Part shown: positions 29,601 through 39,994 of the stretch, in pieces
Layout: each line of letters begins with the position of its first letter
Numbering within the stretch: the stretch's first letter is position 1
Assembly (NCBI GenBank): GCA_002633005.1
Contig: NMRA01000021.1
Location: forward strand, 1,113,119 to 1,177,118
Direction: 5' to 3'
Origin: Phoronis australis
Lineage: Eukaryota > Animalia > Phoronida
Length of the DNA stretch: 64,000 nt
Notes under the pieces: model-generated
What the model saw: only the letters and a program-made list of their open reading frames with translations
Database searches by the model: none
What the model was told of the DNA's origin: nothing
Program-made: the position numbers and the translations under genes

Positions 29601-32600
29601 TCATTAACTTAAACAAAAAACCTGGCACAGATTTGAAATTCATTCGCATTAATAGATTTCAAATTGTGTGATTTCTAAAAAAGGGACCAATACAGAGTTG
29701 CAATCAATCTCTAGAGCAGTGTCACTTTAGGAACTGAGATGAGCATGTTTGAAGTGCAGCAGTCACCACAAGCCACTTGGTCAACTTTCACTAAAAATCT
29801 GCGCTTAGGCTCCAGTTTTACATTACATGGCAAAATTTATCCATACAGCACTAAGTGTTAAAGTTGTTCTAGGGTAGTCTGTGTGTGGACGGAATATTAG
29901 TAAACTCTGCTGTCTTGACAATAACATTATAAAATTAGGTCAAACAGAAATCGTTTTTGTGCTCCGGTGTCACAATGGTAAAGATTTACATATTCCATAT
30001 TTCCTAATGGTTCATTTTACAATTTATGTCCATAGCACAGCTGATAATATCCTAAAAATAAGAATATCAAATAGTAAGAATTTCAAACACTCCCTTAAAG
30101 ACTGTCATTGTGCATTATCCCCAGGTCTGTTCAAATGAAGACTCATTTCACTTATTTTCCAGCTTTACACTGCATCCTCAAATAACTCAACCAATCAATT
30201 TTCAAGTGTAACACAACCGTTAGGCCGTTTTTACACCAGAGACAATTGTCACCGTGTCAGTTGCCACGGCGCAACTTGCTCTGCTTTAGTCCCATAGACA
30301 CAACATTTATCGCTTATAACTATCTCAGCGTGCTAGCATTTACAATTATAGCAAATGTCCAAACCATGTGAAATGCCAGCATATCACCTGAACATACGTT
30401 ATTGTGCAAGTGCATTGAAAAATGATCCCTTTTCCACCCTGGCCCAGCTGTGTTTAGACATGTAGTGGAAACTGGAGCGACTGATGGAGTGCAACTCACT
30501 CTACCTATCACAGCAGTGTCAAAAACTGGCCCCCGCAATGTCACATTAACTCCGTGTCAGTTGTGTTTACAATGACACACACACTTGTACCCGATCAACT
30601 GTTCCGTGTTAGCTGCGCCATGTCACCTGTCTCTCTGTGTAAATACAGCTTATGAATTTAAATTAAAGCTTTGATCTCAGGAAAGGGATCAATCAAGGTA
30701 AAGATAAGATATTAACATCATCATCTTTTCGTAAATTGCTTCACCTATTTTTTTAAGGCTATGCAGACCCCAAGACTGTTATAATTCAAATTGAAAAGTC
30801 CTTGATCACAAGGGTTTCATTTCAACATATCTATACACTTTAAAATTATCAGCACATATTTTGCAACAGGTGACAGCTTTCTGACATGTTGACCTGTGAG
30901 TAACGTTAACATTGTTATAAGTGACATTACCACAATGTGTCCAAAGAAATTGATCAGGTCTGACAGGTATTAATCTATACTTCATTATTTTAAATAAGGC
31001 AAACAAACAAAACTGGCTGATCAATAAACACCTTTTCCTCAAGTCATGAATGGAAAATTTTGAAATGATCGCAGTAATAATATCACATCCATAGGCACAG
31101 TTGCATTCATCGATTATTCAATAAAAAAGCCATTATTACAGTTGATGAGTCAACCTAGTAAACAACAAGACATAAGGTCATGTTTCAGAGGGATTGAAGT
31201 ACACAAATGACTTAAGCTTTGGGTATAACTTGGGGCTGAAACTTGTGATCTTGAGAACTATTGTTGTACAGGAGAATAAAACTGCACTGATCGCTTGTCA
31301 TCTTTCATCTTCTATGCCTCAAGAAAAAGTGATTAAATGCCAGGTTTTTAGCAGCACTTTGACTTTTCATCATGTACGTTTTTATATTCTCATGCTTGAC
31401 TGATAAAGAATGCATTTAGGATCCTTGTGTTATGGGGTTGCCCTCAAATACCATACACCATCCTTTTTGATGTTTTCAACTGATTGTATAGTCTAGTGCG
31501 AGGGACAGAAAACTGCATTTTTAAACAATGTTGAAGAACATGTTTTTCTTTCCAGGTTCTTTAAAGCCCCAGGCAGCCCCACCTCTGTAACCAATATTTT
31601 GTGTGGAGCCTTTTTGACTTGATTAAAATACAGCTAGTTACACATAGTGTACCTAATTATCGGACGGACACTAAATATCGGACATTACACAAAATCTTAC
31701 TTGAAGCATAATCTGAGAAATAAATGACACCAATTTTTGTTACACTGTAATACATTCAATGTCTGGCATTGTCTCGTTTTTTATAGCGTTGCCTTGTTTT
31801 GGTTTCCCCGAGAGAGGGTGCAATTTAGACCTCCACGTCGGCTTAAAATGAACGATCGCATAAATCGGTTGTAAAAGTTTAAACAAGAACATTTTCCACA
31901 AACCTAAATAAACTGACAATATGTCACTGTTTCATCTTTTCATTTGTTTTTAAACTCAAGTCAAACCCGGTTGCGCAGGTGCACACCGATGGAATTTTTG
32001 TTAGTAGTGCTTGCGAAATGAACTGAGGAAATAGGGGCAAAATGTGTGGAAAAGAACAAAATTATGTCAATTTCACAATGTGCATAAAAAATGTGGCATT
32101 TTGATGATGTACTTGGATGCTGGACAAAGCTTCAAAACCCAGAAAAGTTGACAAGTATAAGTCCCATTTGGCCATAGATTACTGTCATACCAGAGTGAGA
32201 TATTACAAACTGTAGTGATAATCAATCTGCCACTATTTCCAGGAATAGGAGTGACCCCAGGATTTATCAGTTTCTGGAAAACCACCCTATAATTAGAACA
32301 TAATTGCGTAATTTTGTAAATTGAAAAACACCAATTTCGAAGGCTAAGCTGCATCCAATTGATAAAGAGGCAAATAGGCGTCTCCCCTTCCCTACATGAA
32401 CATTAAGTTTGGGTAATTGCTTGGATGAGTAGGCCTACTGTCAACAAGGAAGGGTTAAAGGTTTTTAAGATCAACACAATTTACTTTTGTACACAACAAT
32501 TTATTCCTAGAGCATGCAGTGAAGACGAAGTAGACCTGAGATCTACTTTCTCTGCTCCGTAATTCATGGCATACTTCTTGACACTACACACGCACATGAG

Positions 32601-33139
32601 GGTAAATTATGTTACGTAATCACTCTACGGCCGAAGTTGAACTGTTTCCAGAGACTTTTAAATTTGTCACAGTTATCAACACTCAAATAGACATGTGTCC
32701 ACTCGCAGACTGAAAGTGAAAGTCAGTAGTTCCACGGTAGGGCCTAAGTCTTGATTTACCTACCTTCGCCTTCAGCTTTCCGCGTGCAGCCGCACCTGAC
32801 TAAGCGCTGTACTGTAAGCCTGCTGATTAAACGCCCGAAGCACGGCAAGACACCAGTAAAACTTTCTTTATTCGACACTGATCCCAATTATAAAAATTAG
32901 AATTTTGATTATCACTATTTCCTTGTTCACTGTAATATTCGCACATCCCGGGATCCAATATTTTTTAAGCCTAAGGGCAGCTTACCGAAACTACTAAGCC
33001 TACGGCATCGAAAGTCACCTGTTAAAAACTTTCTTCCAACTTCTAAACTTACCCGACCCGATGGTGTACAGTCTGTTCCTTGTACCAATGTAATTTTCAC
33101 ACTTAGCAAAAGGGCACCGACGAAAGCAAGATGTTTCAT
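2506..33139 (-). CDS. IL-17 receptor-like (SEFIR-family-type FnIII ectodomain) gene, 5' part; 3' part lies off the window
   Basis: Exons 33053-33139, 19170-19215, 7756-7902 (or its copy 6617-6763), 5683-5813, 4486-4630 and 2506-2690 all have AG/GT ends and compatible phases (0,1,1,0,1,0), giving 247 aa. It has a signal peptide followed by DDSWPHKP...TWQAPQDQSIKYLNGFLL...C, Y.VELTSLP and W...VTVTFTLAPPEYNFKKYDVYL. These recall IL17RA (DDSWIHP, W..DASILYLEG) and IL17RD (VSFDHAPHNFGF). No TM or SEFIR domain is inside the window. Confidence 0.7.
2903..4076 (-). mobile_element. Helentron-associated (HINE/DINE-1-like) non-autonomous element, copy 1
   Basis: Begins TTTTTTATGCC on the minus strand and has a ~145-bp internal tandem repeat with GCCACTAG motifs. 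Its far end (acaaga...gttgaaatg.g.ccacgaatgca) is shared with copy 2. Confidence 0.6.
4486..4630 (-). CDS. IL-17R-like exon 5 (IVFDFSLG...YFVELTSLPRSP...GYGEK)
   Basis: Acceptor tcttgtcttctcttgcag, donor gtatgt, 145 nt, phase 0-1. Confidence 0.75.
5683..5813 (-). CDS. IL-17R-like exon 4 (QSIKYLNGFLLTF...ICRLFNLTQTNWTSNDYLNTDP)
   Basis: Acceptor ttttctacatcttccag, donor gtaagt, 131 nt, phase 1-0; N-glycosylation sequons NLT and NWT. Confidence 0.75.
6617..6763 (-). CDS. IL-17R-like exon 3, copy A (ACDESG...GTFLYKGIKYGTAGATWQAPQD)
   Basis: Same splice signals as copy B; 5 substitutions relative to B. Lies within a 1.15-kb duplication. Confidence 0.65.
7756..7902 (-). CDS. IL-17R-like exon 3, copy B (ACDESG...GTLLYKGKKFGTAGATWQAPQD)
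   Basis: Acceptor ttgtttccttttcag, donor gtaagt, 147 nt, phase 1-1, open frame. Confidence 0.7.
8932..9287. mobile_element. Foldback MITE with internal minisatellite
   Basis: 22-bp TIR CCCGGGTGAGAATTTTACACGT; internal tandem TGTAGCGTGTCAAACGTGTAAA units in both orientations. Confidence 0.75.
13064..13222. mobile_element. Tc1/mariner-type MITE
   Basis: TIR CCGTAATCGTTCGGGTTA with TA TSD. Confidence 0.8.
16224..16867 (-). mobile_element. Solo LTR (Gypsy-like)
   Basis: TGTAAC...GTTACA ends, 4-bp TSD CTTA on both sides, AATAAA on the minus strand at ~16325. Confidence 0.8.
17200..18097 (+). mobile_element. Degenerate 3' fragment of an RNase H-bearing non-LTR retrotransposon
   Basis: Frameshifted RNase H motifs VVYTDG, SSMKME..A, LTWIFSPGHNGVAGNEKADKLA; ends in a short (AAGT)n tail. 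Confidence 0.8.
19170..19215 (-). CDS. IL-17R-like coding exon 2 (46 nt, TPDFSDVFGLQLVST)
   Basis: Acceptor ttattttttaccgtag, donor CAG|gtaggt. It converts phase 0 to phase 1, exactly what is needed to join exon 1 to exon 3. Confidence 0.55.
21088..22216. mobile_element. Non-autonomous DNA transposon with palindromic subterminal repeats (Harbinger-like)
   Basis: 17-bp TIR cagctgatttcataaag / ctttatgaaataggctg (15/17 match), many AAACCTGGTTT palindromes; carries a nested GGATCCGCC-type insert at ~21448-21590. Confidence 0.65.
25859..25959. mobile_element. Tc1/mariner-type MITE
   Basis: TIR CCGTACTCGTCC(T/C)GGTTACCGCCCA with TA TSD. Confidence 0.8.
26978..27697. repeat. ~190-bp direct repeat pair (26978-27167 and 27508-27697)
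   Basis: Copies appear identical by eye, offset 530 bp, with no N nearby. Confidence 0.9.
30223..30650. mobile_element. Degenerate MITE (Harbinger-like)
   Basis: Imperfect TIRs ggccgtttttacaccagagaca / tgtctctctgtgtaaatacagct. Confidence 0.45.
32712..32723 (+). promoter_or_regulatory. IRF-binding/ISRE-like element in the first coding intron of the IL-17R-like gene
   Basis: GAAAGTGAAAGT matches the IRF1/2 consensus; a second match lies at 12418-12430. Confidence 0.4.
33053..33139 (-). CDS. IL-17R-like coding exon 1 (signal peptide MKHLAFVGALLLSVKITLVQG-TDCTPSGR)
   Basis: ATG in tcaaaATG context, hydrophobic signal-peptide pattern, perfect donor G|GTAAGT, phase 0. Confidence 0.65.
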
Positions 33140-35585
33140 TTTGAAATGAATGTCTACATCCCTTAACACGCCAATTTAATCAAGCGCTGAAGTGGTCACG
33201 TCCATTCGTCCCGTTTCGTCAACATAACTTTACGAAGAAAAAGCATGACCTCTACAAGGAAGTTCACCTAAATATGGTAAATAAACAGGGGAGTTAACTC
33301 TCTAACATTTTGGTGGTGCAGGAGTCTCCTGGTACAGCTCATCGTTGCGCAGAGGTGAAAACATATTTATTTTTGCATTTTAATTTTTAAGTTTACGCTG
33401 AACAAAAAGTTTGTGCAATTTACCAAATCAATTCACCTGCCTATGTCTGCTGCTTCACGTCAACTTTATTCTTGCTCAGTGACTTTAGTTCGACTACGTC
33501 CAAGGAGCATAACTTGGGGGTGTCGGGGGGGGTGTTACACCAAAGGAAAGCTACTAATTGTCGATTTAATTGGATTTTTGACAAGCATGGGTAAAGAGAC
33601 CCATTCAAATGAGTATTCCAAACATGAGACATAACCTACATTACATTTTTTGTCACATTACCTCGCAATTTGTTCGTGTGTGTGTGTTTTTTTGCTACAC
33701 ACGAGAAGATGACGATATAGAAACAAGTTCACGGCAATAGAAACATGGAAGTGTTTATTTTTGCCATAGTGCTCATGATCACGAACCGTAAAAGATGCGA
33801 AATTAATTCACATCAACCCGTTTGAACAGTTTCATGTATACTCTAACTAAATAAAAACGAAACAGAAATGTCGATTAGAAATGAAGTAGACGCCTGGTAG
33901 TGCAATTTTTAATTTAATAAATTTTAAATCAATGAATGACAATGCAACATTTTGTTCGGGGAAGCTCATCTCGTCATTTTGTCAGTTGATTGTCGTACAG
34001 AACTCAGTTTAGACTGCCGGTTAAAGCGGACTCACGTCTGTACTTTGAAGTTTCCATCTGTTATCTTTGCTATAATGTTCAATAAGTGTCAGCGGTAATG
34101 TAAAAATAAAAAATCTTACCTATGAGCAACACTGAGAATATAAACCATTTTTAATCACAGTCGCCATCTTGAAAAATGAATGAATTTATCAGTTCATCGC
34201 CCTCTCAAGAACTAAACCCTGATAGATACTAGCGTTGAGTTTGCTAAATCGCTTTACACTGGTAGAAAAATTTGAAGACAAAAGGATAAAGCGATTAGAT
34301 TTAATTGATGTTTTAAATTTTCACGAAATATATTTCCTTGCTTCCGACCGAGATACTTGTCTCAACCACTGAAGGGCATCAGATGATTTTGTTCTAAATT
34401 TGTAAAAACTCTTGCCTGAAAGAATTACTTGTATTTAGATCAAAGTTGATGTTTTTATATGACAGCAATGAAAGAGAAATTAAGACAGAAAGTCTGAGGC
34501 CAAAATTTACCTCTGTACATTTGTAATTTGACCAGAAAATGGCGGGTAAAAAAGTGGGAATGCAATGCTGCGTCCGGATCGTTGGGCATTTGGCGGACAG
34601 TTAAACCGTTCGGCAGTGCTCTTTCAAATTTTTGTTTGAATGTCTGTAAAATGGCAATACATATTTCTCTATTTTTAAGTATTTGACAATAACTTGGAAT
34701 AACCAACCGCCGTTGGTCGAAACTCGCAGAAACGAAATAATAAAATGGTCCAAAAATTGTAAACATTAATTTTTGATATGTGGTTGACTGAAACTTGCAA
34801 TTTTTAGAACTGTTTCGTGAAAAAGCTATGTTGACCAGAGAAAATACGATAAAAATATCCCTGACTCATTGGTTTCATTAACTGAACGGGGTCTGTGATG
34901 CTGGACAAAAGAACACGAATCAATGCGCTTAACAATGGACTATTGGCAGACTGGTTTCGAATCGTCGTTCCTTCGGAAACCAACAACAGGAAGTTTTTTT
35001 AATAATGTTTGATGCATAAGGTTTCTACCTGATTTGTTCTTAAATGAGAACGTTGCCACATAATTCGAAGCTGTTCGGACAGTTTGGCATACTTTTACTT
35101 GCTCTCCGTCAGCCGAAATTTTGAATCTTAATATATTAGATTCAGTCGAAGGGTGACTTTAGTCCCGCGTCAGCTCCGAGTCTACCACTGGGCACTCCAC
35201 ACTAATCAGAACAAGTCAAATTAGCAAACTTGAAATTCGAATGAGATTGCAATTTTATGAAAATAGACTGAAAAGATTCATATCTCGGTAAGTAAAACAT
35301 GACAAGTTGACTGTAAACGGGTAACTTTGTAGTATGTGATTCAGTAAAATATTTGTGACAGCAGAGCTCTCGTTCGCCCGAGTTCATCAATTATATTACA
35401 CCAATAATTCTTTTACGCCAATGACGCGTTTCCAGAATTATATCTTCGTACCTAGGACCACGTATACTCCCAGCTTCTGACTGAGAGGACAACTATTTGA
35501 CGAAGTCAGTGGAGAGCACAGACGACCTGCGTACGAGCTTCGTTTAACCACCACAGACGTCACTAGGTAGCGCACAAAACTAAAA

Positions 35586-36935
35586 ATGGCGCTTCTCAAA
35601 GCGAAGTTGCAGAAAATCGTTGAAAAACATAAAGCAAATCCAAAGAAAACTGTCGAAGAGTACAAAGAGGAATCAGAAGAATTGTTTGCTAAATACTATA
35701 CAGAATGGAAAGGTTCGACTAAAACAGATGAACACAGCTACAAGCAAATTCCGAAATTCTACTATAAGTTACCTGGCGAAGACGATCTTCTGTTGCAAAA
35801 GTTGCGAGAAGAATCGAGAGCAGTGTTTCTTCAAAGACGAAGTAGGGAACTTCTAGACAACGACGAGTTACAGGGATTATGGTTCTTGTTGGATAAACAC
35901 CATACTCCACCTCTGGTGGGAGATGAACAAATGATTAACTACGAAGATTTTTGTAAAGTCGGAGAACAGGCTGGTCCAAAATGTAAGCCTTTCTTTGTAG
36001 CTTCCGTGTTCGCGAAACTGTTGCTGACAGATCCTTATGGGAGAATTTCTATAATGCAGTTTTTTAATTATGTCATGAGGAAAGTTTGGCTGCATCAGAC
36101 TCGAATTGGATTGTCTCTTTATGATGTTGCGGGACAAGGCTATTTAAAAGAGTCTGATCTTGAAAATTACATCTTAGAACTTATCCCCACGCTGCCACAG
36201 CTGGATGGCCTGGAAAAATCGTTCTACTCATTTTATGTGTGTACTGCTGTGCGGAAATTTTTCTTTTTCCTTGATCCATTGCGTACAGGGAGGGTCAAAA
36301 TCCAAGACATTCTTGCCTGTAGCTTTCTTGACGATCTGCTTGAGCTTCGGGATGAAGAGTTGTCAAAGGATATGCAAGAGTCCAATTGGTTTTCTGCCCC
36401 TTCTGCTTTGCGTGTTTATGGCCAGTACCTTAATTTGGACAAAGATCACAATGGCATGCTTAGTAAAGAGGAACTAGCGAGATACGGCACTGGTACACTC
36501 ACTGATGTATTCCTGGATCGCGTTTTCCAAGAATGTTTGACATATGACGGAGAAATGGACTACAAGACTTACCTGGATTTTGTACTGGCTTTGGAAAACA
36601 AAAAAGAGCCTCAGTCGTTACAATATCTTTTTAGGTTGCTGGATGTTCAAGGTCGTGGGTATCTCAATGTGTTTGCTCTCAATTATTTCTTCAGAGCCAT
36701 CCAGCAGCAAATGAAACTGCATGGCCAAGAGGCTGTGTCCTTTCACGATGTCAAGGATGAGATATTTGATATGGTCAAACCAGCCGACCCATTGAAGTTG
36801 ACTCTGCAAGACTTAATTAGCAGTGGTCAGGGGGACACGGTTGTTAGCATCCTTATAGATCTCAACGGTTTCTGGACGTATGAGAACAGGGAAGTTCTGG
36901 TGCAAGATCCAAATGAAAGTGATTCTGAAGTGTAA
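35586..36935 (+). CDS. PPP2R3C: Serine/threonine-protein phosphatase 2A regulatory subunit B'' gamma (G5PR), single-exon CDS, 449 aa
   Basis: Uninterrupted ORF with family motifs LLQKLREESRAVFLQRRSRELLDNDELQ, FFNYVMRKVWLHQTRIGLSLYD, EF-hand YLNLDKDHNGMLSKEEL and ILIDLNGFWTYENRE. AATAAA at 37356-37361. Confidence 0.97.
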   Translation: MALLKAKLQKIVEKHKANPKKTVEEYKEESEELFAKYYTEWKGSTKTDEHSYKQIPKFYYKLPGEDDLLLQKLREESRAVFLQRRSRELLDNDELQGLWFLLDKHHTPPLVGDEQMINYEDFCKVGEQAGPKCKPFFVASVFAKLLLTDPYGRISIMQFFNYVMRKVWLHQTRIGLSLYDVAGQGYLKESDLENYILELIPTLPQLDGLEKSFYSFYVCTAVRKFFFFLDPLRTGRVKIQDILACSFLDDLLELRDEELSKDMQESNWFSAPSALRVYGQYLNLDKDHNGMLSKEELARYGTGTLTDVFLDRVFQECLTYDGEMDYKTYLDFVLALENKKEPQSLQYLFRLLDVQGRGYLNVFALNYFFRAIQQQMKLHGQEAVSFHDVKDEIFDMVKPADPLKLTLQDLISSGQGDTVVSILIDLNGFWTYENREVLVQDPNESDSEV

Positions 36936-39900
36936 ATAGTGGGCAATGTTTATAATTGCTCTTTACATTTTAGTTGCTTGCGAATGTGATTGTCGGACTG
37001 TCCTTGATAAACTTTTTATCTTGTTACACTGTGCTAGTAAGGGCCACAGTCAGACTCTTTGTTCACCCACCTCCCACATTGCCTCACCAGTTTGGCATGC
37101 TCTCAAATGTTCATTTTAGGAAATGTGGTGATTTGGAGATGCATCAGTTGGTTTGCTGGCTGATGTAGAATGTCACAAGCAGGCGTCATGAGCAACTGGA
37201 GTTTGGGAGGGGAAGTGTACTAGTGTAGACGCACCCCTAAAATAGCATGCTATCACTTTCTGGTCATATCTGGAAAGGGAGAGGGAATAGACTCCCTAAA
37301 CCCATATTTGTAGTTGCTTCCATTCTATGCGAAATATTGTGGTGCAACAAGTCGTAATAAATTGCGAATGCCGTAAAGTATCAACTCACTGGATGCCCCA
37401 AGATTTAAATGATCGTCTAGTAATGCTGCTGACGCTCTCCAAAACAAGTCTTGCGAATCACTCCCGACAGTTCCCACCAGTTTAGCTCTCTAAACCATCT
37501 AATGTACAGCCTTTCAAGACTATTATCTGTCAACGCAACTCACCTCCCGTTTTCGCCAAATTTTGTTATGAGCAAATGTGATTTATTCCATTTTTATCTC
37601 CAACCCGCACAGTTATATTTTATGCACCAACTTTGGCTTCGCCTCTTTGAGTTTGGGTTATGTTCAGGTTTGTTTTTAGCTTTACTTTGGCATTTAGTTT
37701 TGTGATGAGGTATTTGCCGGAGGTAAATTTTTTGAGATTTATGTCCCATGATTGCAGTATAAGCCGTTGGTGATGTACTGTAATGTCGCATTGGTGGATT
37801 TGGGGAGGCCAGTGCCCTGTTGCATGAAACGGCAATAATCTGATATTACATGCCCGTATATTGAAAACCAGTTTGATGCCCATTATTCAGCAAAAAGGGA
37901 AAACTGGTTCTCAAAATTCGGGCACGTTATCAGACCATTACTGCATGAAACAGTCCCAAATAAGGACTCAACTAAGTTCCCTAAATCTGCTGTGTATTTG
38001 TGGGCTTGTGAAAACTTGGATTGTCTTTTCTTGTACTGTTTGAGTCTCAGTACTTAGTCAATTCTTGTCTTGGACACAAATGGAGGGTGAATTCTACATT
38101 GAATTCTCAATATTATGAAAATAAGTAGGGATCTTTTCATGCAACACCCGATTTTTGTCACTTTCAGAGTCATGTCTATCTAGTTAAAACTCCCTTTTTA
38201 CTCATTTTAGTTAGGAACTTGGAGATTTGATCAGTGTATGCACCTACCTTAAGGACCAAGTTCCTCATTTTTTGATTGAAGTAGGTGCTCAGTAGTGGCT
38301 ATATTGTTAGAGAGATCATAATAAAGATAAAATGATAGAAAAAATATTACACCTGTCAGAACAAAACAAATACACAATAGACTTAGGGAACTTGCTAGTA
38401 GTTGAGTTCCTGTTTGGGACTCTCATGCAACCAGCCACTGGCTCCCCCTATGGACAGGACAAAAATGTCATGCTGTTCTTGGCATATTTTCCTTTGAAAA
38501 TTAAGGTTGGGTCTCCCCTTGCGACATCCCAGATATGTCTGCATAGACATTGTTTAAGTTAACAAGTGTTCTAACCCATTAACAATACATACTGTGCAGG
38601 CGTGGCTAGTATTCAATCAGGACTGGGAGAAATTTGCCTGGCAAACGCAAAAGTGTGGGCAACCAGGGAGCTGCAGTGCATGGCAACCTGGGATTGCTTT
38701 GTAATGAACAGGGGCTGCCAAACCCATTCTTGGAAGGAGTTTCGAGGTAAAAACTTTCTTGAATGTTAAGCATGCACTTTGCAGATGAAAAAATGTAGTT
38801 GAGATTGATTTTATTAGATTTTTAAAAGTTCGTACATGTGTATCATAAAAGTCGTAGAATTTTTCTATATAAGTAATAAATAATCCATTGGACTTGACTG
38901 GAACTACTTCCAACATTTTTACTTGCTTTGAAACATTAGTGAATCGGGGAATAGGACTATGTGTCTTTGCTGCGTAGACGTCTTTAAAATCGACCCCAAC
39001 CTCTCCTCTTAGGGATTCGTAAGTTTCCAATTGCACATTTCACAATGAAGAACCCGTTTATCGATTCCTTTTCCCACATTTTTCTAATCAACATTTTTTC
39101 TCACTAGCAGTTACTGTTTGAAATGGCTTGTGGAAAATGTTCTTAAAAATGGCGTTATCGGTGAATAAGGTGAGTCTATTTGAGATCAACCCGAAGATCG
39201 ATTCAGACCGTCGTCATCAATGGTCGTAGTTGAGGTACTTCAACAGTAGAACTTGGTCACTTTGACAAATGGCCAAGCATTTTACCGTGTTGCAGCCGTC
39301 AGCTGTCAATTAGAACACCCGCAAACACTGTCTGACAATATGTTAATTAGCTGATCCTGAACTGAAGAATCGGGACAACGAATCGGCAATAGCCATCCTC
39401 CATTGTGTTTTAGTGTGAAAAATTGTCAGATATTGCTGCTCATTGTCCAGTTGTTTATAATACAATCGCATCTGTGGTGGTTGTGACAACTCGGTATTTT
39501 GAGCACGCTGTAACATCCAAGAAGCACGAGCATGGGAGGTTTGTACAATACTGGCATGTTTGTGGATATGACACACTGGCACTGGGTTTGTTCATACGTC
39601 GCACTCAGGTCAGTAGACTTAAGAAACTTTCAGTTGAAGTCGCCTTTCTTCTACAGGGCTTGGAACGATCAATGACCAAAAAGAGGAAACTTTTCCAGGT
39701 GATAAGTAAATATTTTATTGGTGTTGTAAAATTTAACTGAAATAAACATTTGGGCATGTATAAGGTCAAAATAATGATAAAAAGGGTCAAAGATGGAGGA
39801 AGCTGGAGTTGCAATTAGACGAAATCAAAATCAAGAGGAAATCCTCTTCAAGGAAAATTCAAAGACCTGCTTCCATTTTGTTTTTGGAATATTGAATTCA

Positions 39901-39994
39901 TGATTGTGTTCTGCGGTGCTAAAGTTTTATGATACAGACATAGTAGTCACTTGTTGAAGCGAGGTAAATTGTGGTTTATAATGCTTTACCACTA

